A DNA stretch of 64,000 bases from Eubacteriales bacterium (lineage in GTDB: Bacteria; Bacillota; Clostridia; Oscillospirales; CAG-272). The notes under the pieces are model-generated. The model searched no databases. It was not told the origin of the DNA and saw only the letters and a program-made list of their open reading frames with translations. Below, piece after piece: positions 18,228 through 27,975 of this stretch. The stretch is from the NCBI GenBank assembly GCA_045587385.1, contig JAZNCE010000048.1, positions 9,797-73,796 on the forward strand. The letters run 5' to 3'. The position numbers and the translations under genes are program-made. Within the stretch, counting starts at the first letter, position 1; the number at the start of each line of letters is the position of its first letter.

Positions 18228-18507
18228 TAGCCGTACGGGAATCGAACCGAATTGCCCGAGGGCGATGCATTTTCGCATCTTTCGGCGTGCTTTTACTCGC
18301 AAGATTGGTATCTTGCTTCGCAAAATCTCACCAAAATCTATCAAAAATGCATTCGCCCTCGGGTGCGAGCAGTTTTGACGAAGCAGATTTTTTCTATCCC
18401 AAAAGCTTTTCCCGCAGGGCATACAGGCAGTATGTCCAAGGGGAACGCTGCAGGGATGGGGAAAATCTGCCCGTCAAAACCAACTTAGTTCGACTCCCGT
18501 ACGGCTA
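18228..18507 (+). mobile_element. MITE-like non-coding element, copy 2 (same orientation as copy 1)
   Basis: TAGCCGTACGGGAATCGAACCGAA...CTTAGTTCGACTCCCGTACGGCTA. About 12-13 substitutions relative to copy 1. Confidence 0.7.
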
Positions 18508-18538
18508 CTGAACAAGCGAGTAAAGTAAAACTTCGCGG

Positions 18539-19021
18539 CTATTTTTCTTCCACGCGCTTGCCGGAAATGTGCTCGGGCGTCAATTTCAGCAGCAGCGTGC
18601 CCTTGGCAAAGCGGTTGATCTCGTGCGCAATAAACTTTTCATCACTTGTGAATTGTCGGCTCATTGCCGTGCAGATATGCGTTACACGATCCACGTCATG
18701 CACCATTTCCACGCGCCCGAATACGATAACGCTGCGCACGTCCAGTGCCCAATCACCGGGGATGGGGGTTCCCTGCTCGGTCACGCAATAGCAGACCTTG
18801 TCCGACCTGAGCAGCGAATCGGTGCGGTGGCTTTCGGTTCGTTTACCGGTATGGAAATACAGGCAGCCGTCCTCAGGATTATAGTAGTGGTTGATCGGTG
18901 TGGCATAAGGATAGCCGTCATCCCCGTTGACGCTGAGCACACCGCGCTTTTGCTGGCGCAAGATATTGATGCATTCCTCTTTCGGCAGTTGCTTTCTTTG
19001 TCTGACCATCAAACGAAACAT
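18539..19021 (-). CDS. Pyridoxamine 5'-phosphate oxidase-like FMN-binding split-barrel protein
   Basis: 160 aa; pattern RGVLSVNGDDGYPYATPINHYY...LYFHTGK...FGRVEMV. Confidence 0.6.
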   Translation of the reverse strand: MFRLMVRQRKQLPKEECINILRQQKRGVLSVNGDDGYPYATPINHYYNPEDGCLYFHTGKRTESHRTDSLLRSDKVCYCVTEQGTPIPGDWALDVRSVIVFGRVEMVHDVDRVTHICTAMSRQFTSDEKFIAHEINRFAKGTLLLKLTPEHISGKRVEEK

Positions 19022-19089
19022 AAGTGGACTCCTTTTGTCGATTTATCGGATATAGTATAACATATAGGCGGCGGTTTCGTCAAGCAATA

Positions 19090-19118
19090 TTGACACAGTT
19101 TTTGCATTGTGGTATAAT
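19090..19118 (+). promoter_or_regulatory. Consensus promoter TTGACA-17-TGgTATAAT
   Basis: TTGACA at 19090-19095, a 17-nt spacer, TATAAT at 19113-19118. Confidence 0.6.
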
Positions 19119-19150
19119 AGTGCCAATACATGTAAAGGACGGTGTCACTT

Positions 19151-20293
19151 ATGCAATACAGAAAATTAGGTAATACGGGGCTTATGGTCAGCGAGATCGG
19201 CGTGGGCGGCGAATGGCTGGAGCGACATAACGCCGAGGAAGTCAAGGCGGTCATGGACGCTTGCTATGCGCAAGGGATCAATATTGTGGACTGCTTTATG
19301 TCCGAGCCCAACGTGCGCACCAATATCGGTAACGCCATCAAGGACAATCGTGAGAAATGGATCGTGCAGGGACACGTGGGCTCTGCATGGCGCGACGGGC
19401 AGTACGTGCGCACCAGAGATATGGACGAGGTCAAGGCGGCTTTTGCGGATCTTTTGGCAAGATTTCAGACAGATTATATTGATCTTGGCATGATCCACTT
19501 TGTAGATAAGCTTGAAGACTGGAAAACCGTGCTGGAGTGCGGATTTATGGATTACATGATCGAGCTTAAAGCAAGCGGTGCGATCAGACACATAGGACTT
19601 AGCACGCACAACACTACCATAGCAAAACTTGCAGTCGAGCATGGCGCGGTGGAGGTCATTCTGTTCTCGCTCAACCCTGCATACGACCTGCTGCCGCCTA
19701 CCGAGAACATTGACGATTTCTTTGTGGACGAATATGACGCAAAATTTGCGGGCATTGACCCCGAGCGCGCAAACCTGTACAAGCTTTGCGAGCAGAAGGG
19801 CGTGGCGATCACGGTCATGAAGGGACTTGGCGGCGGCAGACTGCTGGATGCCAAGCGTTCGCCTTTTGGTGTGGCACTCACGCCCGTGCAATGCCTGCAC
19901 TATGCCCTGACAAGACCTGCCGTGGCAAGCGTGCTGATCGGTTTTGATAACGTGGCACAGATCCCCGCATCTCTTGCTTACGAAAGCGCGACCGAGGACC
20001 AAAAGGATTATGCCACCGTGCTTGCAAACGCACCCAGACACGCGTATAGCGGTCAGTGCACCTATTGCGGACATTGCAAGCCCTGCCCTGTCAATATTGA
20101 TATTGCCATGGTCAACAAGCTCTATGACCTTGCGACCATGCAAGATGGCGTGCCTGCTTCGGTACGGGAGCATTATTGGGGTCTTGACGCACACGCAGAC
20201 GATTGCCTTGCATGCGGCGCATGCGAGACAAGATGCCCGTTTGAGGTACCTGTCATCGAGAAGATGAAAACCACAGCGGAGTTGTTCAAGTAA
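19151..20293 (+). CDS. Aldo/keto reductase fused to a C-terminal 4Fe-4S ferredoxin-type domain
   Basis: MQYRKLGNTGLMVSEIGVGG is an AKR N-terminus. Two Cys clusters, CTYCGHCKPCP and CLACGACETRCP. Confidence 0.7.
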   Translation: MQYRKLGNTGLMVSEIGVGGEWLERHNAEEVKAVMDACYAQGINIVDCFMSEPNVRTNIGNAIKDNREKWIVQGHVGSAWRDGQYVRTRDMDEVKAAFADLLARFQTDYIDLGMIHFVDKLEDWKTVLECGFMDYMIELKASGAIRHIGLSTHNTTIAKLAVEHGAVEVILFSLNPAYDLLPPTENIDDFFVDEYDAKFAGIDPERANLYKLCEQKGVAITVMKGLGGGRLLDAKRSPFGVALTPVQCLHYALTRPAVASVLIGFDNVAQIPASLAYESATEDQKDYATVLANAPRHAYSGQCTYCGHCKPCPVNIDIAMVNKLYDLATMQDGVPASVREHYWGLDAHADDCLACGACETRCPFEVPVIEKMKTTAELFK

Positions 20294-20477
20294 GATCAAG
20301 TCCATACGATGAAAAGTTTTCGCCCGCCTTTTTCAAAAGGCGGCGCAGGTCAAGGGCGCGCAGCCCTTGTCGCGCCCGCAGGCGCGAAACACCTTACACG
20401 CCGTTTTTGGTTCTTTTTGCGGCAATTTTGCCAAAAAGAACGGAATCAATTTCCTCACACAATATCCCAACATACAT

Positions 20478-20517
20478 GAAGAACCGAGGCTTGCGCCTCG
20501 GTTCTTCTCTGTTTTTA
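20478..20517 (+). terminator. Hairpin plus T-run
   Basis: GAAGAACCGAGG-CTTGCG-CCTCGGTTCTTC followed by TCTGTTTTT. Confidence 0.5.
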
Positions 20518-20522
20518 TAAAC

Positions 20523-21035
20523 TCAATTCTTATGTAACCGAGTCTTTTCCCATTTGCGCAGAACCAAAATCCACGCAATAAAGGAAAACGCCATAATCGG
20601 CAGCGAAACGGTCAGCACGGACAGGATCGAAAGAGGAAAGCTTTCGTACAGCTCAGCCCCAAGGAAAAGGCGGTTGATGGCGCCAAATGCTTTAGGAATG
20701 ATAATGGGCCAGATAGCAAAGCCTGCGCTGCACAGCCAGAAATCCACACTTTTAAGAGTATAACGTGCACTTTCCTTGAAACTCTTTTCCCTGCCCTCCA
20801 TATAGGCAAAATATCCTGCTTTGTCCGAAGAACGGGCAACAGTCTTAAATACGACAGCGGTTACCATCATAAACGCGTACATCACAAGGGTCTTCCACAG
20901 GTTTTCGCCCGTGCTTTCCGCCTTGATAAACGTGCGCATGACGATCTGCAACACACCGATACACAAAAGCGAGCTAAGGAAATAACCACCGAACTGTATC
21001 ACCGAATTAAGCAAAAATGTACCAACTTTTTTCAT
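20523..21035 (-). CDS. Polytopic membrane protein (unknown)
   Basis: The second ATG (MKKVGTF) is properly spaced from AGGAG. 4-5 hydrophobic helices. Confidence 0.55.
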   Translation of the reverse strand: MKKVGTFLLNSVIQFGGYFLSSLLCIGVLQIVMRTFIKAESTGENLWKTLVMYAFMMVTAVVFKTVARSSDKAGYFAYMEGREKSFKESARYTLKSVDFWLCSAGFAIWPIIIPKAFGAINRLFLGAELYESFPLSILSVLTVSLPIMAFSFIAWILVLRKWEKTRLHKN

Positions 21036-21096
21036 GACAATCATTCTCCTATAAGATCATGCATGCTCTTGATCAACATATATCACTATACAGTCT

Positions 21097-21621
21097 TCAA
21101 TCACATGATGATTCCCCATGCAACGCCTTGCGTTCTTTTTCTCTCTTTTTACGAGCAGACAAGCAACCCAAAAGCACCCCGAACGACGGGATCGCGGTGA
21201 CGATCAACGACGCAACCAGTACCGACCAAACGGATTGCTCAGTAATATCGCGAGCACCGGGAGAAATCAAGCGCGCAAGCGCATAGCCCTCGCTCAAGAA
21301 AATGTACACGTATTTGCTCCAGCACAGCAATACACATAATGCAAGGTGTGCTGCGGTCGGGATACAAATCATAGATAGCATTCCCTTTTTATCCAGCTTT
21401 GCAGCCTCATCGTTGCCTCTATATACAAAAAACAGAATTACAACCGATGTGGCAAGCAGTACAAGGAGCGTCACGAGGTTTTCGACAGTTTCCTTAACAG
21501 AGGAATCCACATACATACCGCGAACGATATAAAGTGGAAGCATCGACACAAGGAATCCACCCCATAATGCGCCAATTCGGAATAATGTTGCGGCAATATA
21601 TTGGGATATTTTGTGTTTCAT
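21097..21621 (-). CDS. Polytopic membrane protein (unknown)
   Basis: 174-aa ORF with 4-5 hydrophobic helices and a basic C-terminal tail. Confidence 0.55.
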   Translation of the reverse strand: MKHKISQYIAATLFRIGALWGGFLVSMLPLYIVRGMYVDSSVKETVENLVTLLVLLATSVVILFFVYRGNDEAAKLDKKGMLSMICIPTAAHLALCVLLCWSKYVYIFLSEGYALARLISPGARDITEQSVWSVLVASLIVTAIPSFGVLLGCLSARKKREKERKALHGESSCD

Positions 21622-21653
21622 TCAACGGCTCCCTTCACACGTACTGTATATGT

Positions 21654-22259
21654 TCAGTCGCCTTGGACTATAACATCATGCATGCTTTTGATCAGCGTAT
21701 GTCCGCAGGAATGGCATGCGGTCAGCTCGGCGCGGTTATCGTCGCCGCAGACCGGACATTCCACGTGGTCGCCTGCCATCTCGGGCAGCACCACGGTATG
21801 CTTGGCACCGTACAGGTGAAAGACGGTGTCACCGGGCTTATATTCTTCCATAAAGCCACCGCCCTGCGCTGCCTTATACTGCTTCTCCTTGCCGTCCGGC
21901 AGTTCGACAGTCAGATACACAAAGGTAGCAAGCGTTCTGGAATTGTATCGAGGAGAGCCTGCCAAACCCTTGATAGCTACGTATTCATTCTGAACGTGCA
22001 CCTGCTTGACCTTTCCTACGAAGGTACGGTCAAACAAACAGAACGGCACGCGGGTAATGACAAACGGCAGCAGCATGGCAAGCACGTACGCACCGACGCG
22101 CACGGCGGGCGGTACCAGCTCGAAGATGCGCTCTCCGAACAGGTACATCGCTCCACCGAACGCGATCAGCAAAAGCACACACGGTGTGATTTTTTTGATC
22201 ACCGCCCGGCGCACGTGACCGCGCAGGTCACGTGGCAAGCGGAGCTTTGGTTTTGACAT
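21654..22259 (-). CDS. Membrane protein with soluble beta-rich domain and C-terminal zinc ribbon
   Basis: Two N-terminal TM helices. CPVCGDDNRAELTACHSCGH. Lies 5 nt downstream of the flotillin gene. Confidence 0.55.
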   Translation of the reverse strand: MSKPKLRLPRDLRGHVRRAVIKKITPCVLLLIAFGGAMYLFGERIFELVPPAVRVGAYVLAMLLPFVITRVPFCLFDRTFVGKVKQVHVQNEYVAIKGLAGSPRYNSRTLATFVYLTVELPDGKEKQYKAAQGGGFMEEYKPGDTVFHLYGAKHTVVLPEMAGDHVECPVCGDDNRAELTACHSCGHTLIKSMHDVIVQGD

Positions 22260-22264
22260 GAGGA

Positions 22265-23725
22265 TTATTGATCGTTGTTAGCAGCTGCCTTACCGCCAAC
22301 AAAGCCTGCAAGCATGCTCTTCAGGTCGATACCGACAGATTCTTCAAGGCTCTCGGTGATCTGATTTGCGGACGTCATAACGTCCTTAACAAGCTTTGCG
22401 GAGTTGCCTTCGCCGTACATCACGATCTTGTCGGTCTGTGCCAAGGGAGCGGCTGCGTTCTTGACGACCTCGGGCAGAGCGGTCAGGTACATATCCAGTA
22501 CCGAAGCCTCGCCCATCTTCTTCTGTGCTTCTGCCTTCTTTTCGATGGCTTCTGCCTCTGCAAGACCAACGGCACGGATACCTTCTGCTTCCTTGAGCTT
22601 GGAGTAAGCAAGTGCGTCTGCAGTTGCCTTCTGAGCCAGAGCCTGCTGCTCCTGCTCGAACTTCTCTGCTTCTGCCATCTTCATCTTAGCCATAGCAGCC
22701 TGCTCTTCCTCAAAGCGGCGTGCCTCTGCTTCTCTCTGACGCTTGATCAGCTCAGCCTCAGCCTTCTTTTCAGCCTCGTACTTGAGCGCGTCTGCCTTCT
22801 TGCGGATCTCTGCGTCCAGTCTTCTTTCCTGCAGCGCGATCTCCTTTTCAGCAAGCTCGGCATCCTTTTCTCTTCTTGCAATGTCTGCGTCTGCAGCGGT
22901 GACCTCAATGGTCTTTCTCTGCTGCTCCTTCTGAATTGCGTATGCAGCGTCAGCCTCTGCCTGCTTGATGTCGGCATCCTTCTTCAGCTCTGCCTGACGG
23001 ATCGCCAGCGAGGTATTCTGCTCGGAGATGCGCAGGTTGGTATTGACGGCAACCTTGTTCGCCTCTTCCTTTGCATTCGCTTCTGCAATGCTGATGTCTC
23101 TTGCAGCCTCAGCCTTTGCGATCTGAGCAGCCTTACGGATCTGCTCAACGTTGTCAATACCCATGTTCTCGATCGTGCCTGCGCCATCCTTGAAGTTCTG
23201 GATGTTGAAGTTTACGATCTCGATACCCAGCTTGCACATATCGGGTACTGCGTTTTCCTTGATCTTTTCTGCAACGATCTGACGCTCCTGGACCATTTCC
23301 TTCAGTCCTACAGAGCCCACGATCTCACGCATGTTACCTTCCAGCACCTGCGTGCAAAGGAAGATGAGCTGACGCTGATCCATAGCAAGCAGCGCTTCTG
23401 CTGCCTTGTTGATCAGCTCGGGGTCGGACGAGATTTTGATGTTCGCAACGCCGTCAACGCTGACGTTGATGAACTCGTTGGTGGGTACTGCCTCGCTGGT
23501 CTTTACGTCAACCTGCATAACGTCCAGAGAAAGCTTGTCAAGTCTTTCAAAGAACGGCAGACGGAAGCCGGCTTTACCGATCAGCACTCTCTTCTTGGAG
23601 CGGAAGCCCGAGATGATGTAGGCTTTGTTCGGGGGTGCTTTGACGTACGCTGCTGCAAAGAACAACGCGATCAGTGCAACGACTGCTATTACAATAGCAA
23701 TGATAATGGTGGTGGGATCAGGCAT
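22265..23725 (-). CDS. Flotillin-like SPFH/band-7 protein
   Basis: N-terminal TM helix, SPFH-like core, and a long A/E/K-rich coiled coil (AEAARDISIAEANAKEEANK..., EAEARRFEEEQAAMAKMKMAEAEKFEQEQ). AGGAGG RBS. Confidence 0.75.
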   Translation of the reverse strand: MPDPTTIIIAIVIAVVALIALFFAAAYVKAPPNKAYIISGFRSKKRVLIGKAGFRLPFFERLDKLSLDVMQVDVKTSEAVPTNEFINVSVDGVANIKISSDPELINKAAEALLAMDQRQLIFLCTQVLEGNMREIVGSVGLKEMVQERQIVAEKIKENAVPDMCKLGIEIVNFNIQNFKDGAGTIENMGIDNVEQIRKAAQIAKAEAARDISIAEANAKEEANKVAVNTNLRISEQNTSLAIRQAELKKDADIKQAEADAAYAIQKEQQRKTIEVTAADADIARREKDAELAEKEIALQERRLDAEIRKKADALKYEAEKKAEAELIKRQREAEARRFEEEQAAMAKMKMAEAEKFEQEQQALAQKATADALAYSKLKEAEGIRAVGLAEAEAIEKKAEAQKKMGEASVLDMYLTALPEVVKNAAAPLAQTDKIVMYGEGNSAKLVKDVMTSANQITESLEESVGIDLKSMLAGFVGGKAAANNDQ

Positions 23726-23771
23726 GTTGATTTCCTCCTTTGATTAGTTGATTTTGTTCGCCTGTGAGTAT

Positions 23772-23800
23772 ATGATAGCATGCAGTCACATGATTGTCAA
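23772..23800 (-). promoter_or_regulatory. Promoter of the flotillin operon (TTGACA-17-TGcTATCAT on the minus strand)
   Basis: The reverse complement of 23772-23800 reads TTGACAatcatgtgactgcatgcTATCAT. Confidence 0.5.
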
Positions 23801-23855
23801 TACATTTCAATGATTATGAATACGGATTTACAGATTGTTCATGCTGTGGTTATAT

Positions 23856-24983
23856 TTAGCTCTCCAAGAGCATATCCCCTGCCTTGATCCAGCCCAATTT
23901 GCGCATGATTTCCGAGAAAATCAGCGAAAGCACGGCAGGCAGCACGATGCAGCAAAGCGCAAGACCGATCCACAGCATAGGTCCTTTTTCGGTAGCGTTG
24001 ATCACACCGATAGGGCCGACCATGCCGCAAGTACCCATACCGGCGGCAACGCCGGCGCATTTGAGCTTGAATACCATGGTGGAAACGGGACCGATGATGG
24101 CAGCCGCCAAGGTAGGCGGAATCCAGATCTGAGGACGCTTGCAAATATTACCCATCTGCAGCATGGAAGTGCCAAGTCCCTGCGATACGATGCCGCCCCA
24201 CTTGTTCTCACGGAAGCTGGATACTGCAAAGCCGACCATTTGTGCGCAGCAGCCAACCGCAGCCGCTCCGCCTGCCAGCAAAAGTCCTTCATCGGTGCCT
24301 GCTTGCGCGGCAGCATCGATCGCCGCTTGCGAGAAGATCATGGCGCAAATGGCAGCCGAGGAAATGGGCAGGGTCAAAATCACACCGACCACGACCGAGA
24401 TGACAATGCCCATGAGCAAGGGCTGCAGCGTGGTAGCCGTGGCAATAAACACGCCCAGATAGTACATGATATAGGAAACTAAAGGACACAGCAGCCAGGA
24501 TGCGCCAAAGCCGCAGAGGATGGTGACCACGGGCGTGACCAGCACGTCAACCTTGGTCTTCTTGGAGACCAGCATGCCGATCTCGCAAGCAATGATGACG
24601 GCAAAGAACGCGCCCGCAGGGCCTGCGGAATAGAATACGCCCTGCTCCCCTTTTGCCGTTGCCGCCCAGGAGATGATCGCACCGTCAAGCATGACAGCGC
24701 CCATGGCATTTGCCATAGCCCCCACGGCAGCAGCCGAGAACATGACAAGCGGATGCGCGCCCAGCGCGTGCGCAATGGCAACGCCGATTGCCATGCCCGT
24801 TGCGCTTTTTGCATACGATGCAACCGTTGCCAAGAACGGCAGATGCGTATAGGTCGCAACCGTGTCAAAAATGGTTCCGATCAAGAGTGACGCGAAAAGT
24901 CCGAGTGCCATAGCACCCATGGCTTTGATAAAATATCGATGCGCGTACTGCTTGATCAGGTCCGTGAATTTGCTTTGTTTCAA
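23856..24983 (-). CDS. Polytopic membrane protein, PTS EIIC_2-like (putative permease)
   Basis: 375 aa, about 10 TM helices. The N-terminus KAMGAMALGLFASLLIGTI resembles stand-alone EIIC-like permeases. Family assignment is tentative. Confidence 0.45.
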   Translation of the reverse strand: MKQSKFTDLIKQYAHRYFIKAMGAMALGLFASLLIGTIFDTVATYTHLPFLATVASYAKSATGMAIGVAIAHALGAHPLVMFSAAAVGAMANAMGAVMLDGAIISWAATAKGEQGVFYSAGPAGAFFAVIIACEIGMLVSKKTKVDVLVTPVVTILCGFGASWLLCPLVSYIMYYLGVFIATATTLQPLLMGIVISVVVGVILTLPISSAAICAMIFSQAAIDAAAQAGTDEGLLLAGGAAAVGCCAQMVGFAVSSFRENKWGGIVSQGLGTSMLQMGNICKRPQIWIPPTLAAAIIGPVSTMVFKLKCAGVAAGMGTCGMVGPIGVINATEKGPMLWIGLALCCIVLPAVLSLIFSEIMRKLGWIKAGDMLLES

Positions 24984-25077
24984 AACAATCGCCTTCTTTC
25001 GATATTATAGTGATTTCAGTATACCATATATCACAAAAGATTGCAAGAAAAATTTGCATTGGTAAAACAAAAAATAA

Positions 25078-25174
25078 GGGAGGATATTCTCCCCCGCCAA
25101 TAAACGCATGGGTTATCCGTTCGAGCGTCGATACAGCAAACCCATTACCGGCGGGAGGATGATATCCCCCCCTG
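25078..25174. repeat. Composite REP-like element (family 1): two GGGAGGAT..ATCC(T/C)CCC hairpins flanking a ~55-nt spacer
   Basis: GGGAGGATATTCTCCCCCGCC ... GGCGGGAGGATGATATCCCCCC. Same architecture as 63875-63976. Confidence 0.6.
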
Positions 25175-25184
25175 CATTTAGTAT

Positions 25185-25784
25185 TCATTTCATCTGCAAA
25201 AACTTAAAGCGGTTGCGGAAGTTGACGCGATAGGCTGTAATGCTTCTACCGATCACGAAATCATACAGCACAAACGCGCCGTTTGCCGTGATGAACACCG
25301 CAAGCGAATAGCCCGGGTGTGCACCCTGCCCGCCAAGAAACGCACCAAGGGCGGCAGGATAGCTTTGCGCGGTGGGAAACAGCAGCTGCCAGAGAATCAG
25401 CACGCCAAGCGCTATCACGCCGTTGAACAGCACGATCTTGATGACGTAACGCAATACAGCAGGCACGCGCTCCAGCAGCACGCGCAGCATGGGATACACG
25501 CCCGCAAAGAGCAGATACTCCCAAGCCGCCGTGTTAAACGGCATAAGGATCAGCGCAAGCAATGCGGTCACAAGCCAGATCAGCCAAGGATAAGAGCCGC
25601 CAAGCTCCTCCGCCGCCCACACCGTGATCAGCGAGGCGAGTGCTGCCATGGAAAGATCCAGGCTGCCGTCAAACAATCTGCCCATGCAAAGCATGACTGC
25701 GCCCAGTGCGCAAAGAAGCGCGCTGATCGTCAGCCTTTTGGTCTTTTGCACGGTGGATATCTTTTTAGGTGGAGTCTTTTTCAT
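25185..25784 (-). CDS. Polytopic membrane protein (unknown)
   Basis: 199 aa with 5 hydrophobic helices. Confidence 0.5.
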   Translation of the reverse strand: MKKTPPKKISTVQKTKRLTISALLCALGAVMLCMGRLFDGSLDLSMAALASLITVWAAEELGGSYPWLIWLVTALLALILMPFNTAAWEYLLFAGVYPMLRVLLERVPAVLRYVIKIVLFNGVIALGVLILWQLLFPTAQSYPAALGAFLGGQGAHPGYSLAVFITANGAFVLYDFVIGRSITAYRVNFRNRFKFLQMK

Positions 25785-25790
25785 GGCGCA

Positions 25791-26396
25791 TCACCCTCTT
25801 AAGCAGCTGCAGCAAAGATTGGCGCAAAGGCAGGTCGCGCACAAGGAACAGCAGCTGCAGCCGCTGCTTTGCGTGGTGTGCTGCGTGCGAAAGGTGTTTG
25901 CCTGCGCGTCAAATCGGTCTCTTGCCGCACGGTATTCGGCATTATGGGGATCCATGCCGCATGCAATATCAAATTCACGCATGGCATCCATGCGCCTGCC
26001 CATACGCACGTACACGCAGCCCGTCAGGAAATGCCATTCCCCGCCTCGCTTTTGCTCGGGCACGCCCATCAGCAACGTATAAGCGCGCTCAAACGCCCCG
26101 TTGTTGATCAGGTGGCGGATATCGGTATACAGCGCGTCCCCCGACGTACTCGTATTGGCGTGGAAGCCGCCCGACGCATAACCAAAGCCGCTTTGCTGCT
26201 TGCCGCTGCGTATCGCTTGCACTTCTTCGTAGGCAGCATTGATCTCCTTCATTTTCTGCTCCGCGCTTGCTTGCAGCTCGGGCTTCCCCGCATATCTGTC
26301 AGGGTGATATTTACGCGCCAGCGCGCGGTATGCTTTTTTTATCTCGTCCTCGTCGGCTGTCGGACTGACACCGAGGATCTTATACGGATCATTCAT
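25791..26396 (-). CDS. J-domain (DnaJ-like) protein with TPR-like middle region and extremely Cys-rich C-terminus
   Basis: [33 protein letters not shown] contains the HPD motif. The tail is [25 protein letters not shown]. Start MNDPYK overlaps the upstream stop as ATGA. Confidence 0.75.
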   Translation of the reverse strand: MNDPYKILGVSPTADEDEIKKAYRALARKYHPDRYAGKPELQASAEQKMKEINAAYEEVQAIRSGKQQSGFGYASGGFHANTSTSGDALYTDIRHLINNGAFERAYTLLMGVPEQKRGGEWHFLTGCVYVRMGRRMDAMREFDIACGMDPHNAEYRAARDRFDAQANTFRTQHTTQSSGCSCCSLCATCLCANLCCSCLRG

Positions 26397-27283
26397 GCTC
26401 CGCGCTCTCCTTTGCATTTTTTACATTCTTTTTTAGGGTACAAAACGGTATTTGCCTGTGCAGGCATACCAAGGCACAAAATATTGTAGATGACCGCGCA
26501 CAAATCGTCACGTCCGTCAAAATCGATCAGATCCGCAGCCGCAACCGCGTCTGCAAGCTCCAAGGTCAGCGTGGTATCCAGCGACGTGCGTTGCTCGTCA
26601 GTCAAGCTCTGCGTGCCGTACAGCGCATGCAAAGCGTTGAATCTGCCCTTTTGCACGTCCTGCCCATAGTCTTCCGCGGCATCGATGAAATACACCCATC
26701 TGCCCAAAGCTTTGCCAAGCTCGTGCAGCACGGCGTGCGTCTCGCCCCCTGTATCATAAGAAAGCAGCTCTCCCATCAGCTCGCCGAAGGCGTTTGCGGG
26801 AATATCGGCAGAGCCGCCGGCCTCTTTTTCGGCTTTGGCAAAGGTCTGCATGCCGCGCGCGGCAATGGCATCGATTTCGGGCAAGCGTTTTTTGGCGCGG
26901 TGACGCAGATAGGCAAAATACGGCAAAGACACGCGTGCGCCCAGCCTTTTGAAGCCGCTTTCGTCGGCAATATCGTCCTTGCATTTATGGTATGCCAGGG
27001 CTGCCATGATGCAGGATACGGTTTTGGTTTCCTCGCAAGAATCCAACACGGGCGCTTTGGTCAAGGGATGGAGCAGGCAGCGTTTCTCGGTAAAAGTCGG
27101 CTGCGTGCCACGCGCCGCCATGCGCAGGCATACCATAGCTGCCGCGTCATAGCGCAAGGTCAGGCGGGAGCATTGCCCCGTGCATTTGCCCATCTGGCGG
27201 CAAAGACCGCAGTAAATGCCGCGATAACACTCGTATTCCCTGATCTTGAGCTCGGGCTGCAATATGCGAATATATCCGAACAA
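26393..27283 (-). CDS. DUF5685-like Cys-motif protein
   Basis: N-terminus [41 protein letters not shown]. Translationally coupled to the J-domain gene. Confidence 0.5.
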   Translation of the reverse strand: MFGYIRILQPELKIREYECYRGIYCGLCRQMGKCTGQCSRLTLRYDAAAMVCLRMAARGTQPTFTEKRCLLHPLTKAPVLDSCEETKTVSCIMAALAYHKCKDDIADESGFKRLGARVSLPYFAYLRHRAKKRLPEIDAIAARGMQTFAKAEKEAGGSADIPANAFGELMGELLSYDTGGETHAVLHELGKALGRWVYFIDAAEDYGQDVQKGRFNALHALYGTQSLTDEQRTSLDTTLTLELADAVAAADLIDFDGRDDLCAVIYNILCLGMPAQANTVLYPKKECKKCKGERGA

Positions 27284-27396
27284 GGCACACTCCCCCTTTT
27301 ACATAGTTTACAATATCATACTCCAATTTTGTTCCAAAAAAAAGACAAAATTGTAAATATTGTCATAACATCGCTGCGGGAGCAAACAAAGTCCTG

Positions 27397-27975
27397 TCAA
27401 AGAAACAGCTTGCGCATCTGCCTGCCCGCAAGGGCTTGCTCCAGCGCGGTGGGTACTTGCACGAAATCCGCCACCAAGGAATGCGGCTTGCTGGTGGGAT
27501 CATCCTGCCGCACGGGCACGAAAAATACGTTTTTGCGGTTGAGCAGCGTGGCAATATTCTGCAAATTCGCAGACATGGCGTCATTGGATGCAAGCGCGAT
27601 CAAAAGCGGGCGGTCGCTGCGCAGATGCGCCTTTGCTGCCATGCAGACTGCGGAATCGGTCACGCCCGCGGCAAGCTTGGCAAGCGTATTGCCCGTGCAG
27701 GGGCAGATGACCAGTGCAGACAAGGGACGTGCAGGCCCTAACGGCTCGGCATCCCGAATAGTGTGTACGACCTCGTTGCCGCATTTGGCATACAGGCTTT
27801 GGCGCAAAGCCTGCGCCAAGCCGAAGCGCGTATCCGTTTCCCATACCCGCTCGCTGACGATGGGCACAACGTCGTATCCCCGCGCAAGCAAAGCATCCAA
27901 CTGCGCTAATGCTTGCGCGTGGGTGCAGTACGATCCGCATAATGCAAATCCGATGGTTTGTTTGATCTGGCTCAT
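27397..27975 (-). CDS. dpaB: Dipicolinate synthase subunit B
   Basis: Flavoprotein-like motifs GFALCGSYCT...ICPCTGNTLAKLAAGVTDS...FVPVRQDDP. Confidence 0.75.
   Translation of the reverse strand: MSQIKQTIGFALCGSYCTHAQALAQLDALLARGYDVVPIVSERVWETDTRFGLAQALRQSLYAKCGNEVVHTIRDAEPLGPARPLSALVICPCTGNTLAKLAAGVTDSAVCMAAKAHLRSDRPLLIALASNDAMSANLQNIATLLNRKNVFFVPVRQDDPTSKPHSLVADFVQVPTALEQALAGRQMRKLFL

Noticed and set aside
22268-23743. Long ORFs antisense to confident genes (also 12279-13715, 16381-17718, 26591-28069, 37911-39503, 59881-60957, 4123-5115, 5233-6135, 32577-33599)
   Set aside because: These are shadow ORFs typical of GC-rich DNA. They have low-complexity, Arg/Ala/Cys/His-rich translations and no RBS, and each fully overlaps a gene with clear family motifs on the opposite strand.
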